Made by a program: the position numbers and the translations under genes. The notes beneath the pieces are model-generated. The model was not told the DNA's origin. It saw only the letters and a program-made list of their open reading frames with translations, and searched no databases. Below are positions 62,511 to 64,000 of a DNA stretch of 64,000 nucleotides, in pieces. Origin of the DNA: Selaginella moellendorffii. Lineage: Eukaryota; Plantae; Lycopodiophyta. Positions within the stretch are counted from its first letter, which is position 1. The number at the start of each line of letters is the position of its first letter. The stretch spans positions 894,181-958,180 of the forward strand of contig NW_003314300.1 of assembly GCF_000143415.4 (NCBI RefSeq), in the 5' to 3' direction.

Positions 62511-64000
62511 TAATTTGAGTTGGCCATGGTAGGGCTGAGATGGTGGTTTAGTGGAGCTGGTTATGGTAGTGTAGGCAGCAGGTTAGAGGCAGTCTTGCAT
62601 CAGCATATGTGTTAGTGGCCGTGTCAGTCATGTGCAACAATGTTGTGGTGTGGGGATGTTCTTGTTGCTTACTGGGCTCCACTCTCACGCCAAAGACTCT
62701 CATGGAATGAGTGGAACCCTTATCATGTGGAATATCCCAGGAATCAAGATGTTCTAGCTGTCTCTGCACGTTTGGAAGTTGGTATGTCATGTTCATCCCA
62801 GTGATCCGGTATGCTCATGGGAAGAGTGTGGTCTGTAGTGTCTGGTTGGGGTGTCAGTCTTGATGGGGAGATTTTTGCGTAGTTTGGCTGTGTTACGTGG
62901 GCTGAGGGTGCTTGTGAGAAGAATGCTTGGATGGCCTTGCGACGAGCTCTTGCCATTGAAGTTGGTTGCTGTGTTGTGTAGTTTGAGTTGGCCGTGGTAG
63001 AACTGAGGTGGTGGTGTAGTGGATCACAGGCAGTAACTCAAAGCAGTGGCAGTCTCCAGTGGTGTGCAACAATGTTGCAGTGTGGGGAGTAGCTCCTTCT
63101 CATCCTTCAAGCCACTCTTCGGCACCGATACTTACAAGAGGATTACACTGTTGCAATGTCCAAGTTATTGGTGGATGCAGCAAAGAGGTCCTGGACATGT
63201 ATATTCATCCCAGTGATATGGTATACTTGGCTCAAGAACTATCAGTACATGTTACATCCCAATATCTCACAAATCCATGCAGGGCGCATTCTGCTCATCC
63301 AAAGTGAAGCCGCATCACCTCATTCCCTTGGCAAGGCTTCACGTCCCAGCAAACGAAGGCAAAGCTGTAAATGCTCGAGACACTCATTCTCTTATGTAAT
63401 GGTGGTCAGATGGAGCAGTTCATGTAAATGTTGTCCGATGTTCAGAATGCTCAATGGTGTAGCTTGGCAGTCTTTGCATAGGCTAAGGGTGCCCAGTGAG
63501 GAGAATTCCTGATGGTCTGGTAATGATGAAAGTTGTGTGATATTCTTGTGGTCATGTTTAATGGAGTTTAAGTTGTTCATCGTCTGGAAGAGAAATTTTT
63601 TATGGCTTTGTGACCTGTAAAAGCTGGTGTAGTTTGAGTTCGTGCAGCTCCACTACACCGCCACCACAGCCCTCCACAGCCAACTCCCCCAAGCTAGACT
63701 AGGGAAAAACCAACCTTGAAAAAAATATAATTAATAAAATTCAAGAGCAAAATTCTAGATGCCCATACTAGGGATTGATGGAGGATCATTCCTTAAAATG
63801 CCAAAATGCAGGAGAGAAGGAGAAATATAAAAAGAAAAAAAAAAGATACAATGGACTAGCTTTTGACCATGATCTAAATGCACAGTTGAAAACTCAACCC
63901 ACTAGTGTTTGTCTTATCCAATTCCCAAAATCATGGAGCTCCACTCATTATCGCCACGAGACAACAATGTTCTTTGAGCTAAACACAAAAAGACAAAATG

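Overview
Eukaryotic, TE-rich plant genomic DNA. The ~45-55 nt introns, PERK kinase, PLS-PPR remnants and chromovirus suggest a compact non-seed-plant genome such as Selaginella; this is inference. Left half, a nested TE stack: a degenerate LTR element (415-6561), an assembly gap, and a chromovirus-type Ty3/gypsy element (9875-30828). That element carries a tandem TRIM array in gag (11144-12140, TSD GAGGA) and a 12.9 kb TIR DNA transposon in its RNase H (14892-27746, 24-bp TIR, TSD CCAG). The transposon is the most notable object. It encodes a Sola1-like DD(D/E) transposase on + and, divergently, a large multi-exon cargo gene with ParB-like, degenerate N4/N6-methyltransferase-like, acidic and FCP1-like HAD phosphatase modules. 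It also holds about 20 copies of a 22-bp palindrome (ATGGCRTGWGGCCWCAYGCCAT) not seen elsewhere in the window. The host gypsy integrase contains short GT-AG introns. Right half: an ICT1/ArfB pseudogene, an apparently intact PERK kinase, a second complete gypsy (39725-44702, 4-bp TSD), a locally amplified family of intronless PD-(D/E)XK-like genes within segmental duplications, and PPR and integrase remnants.
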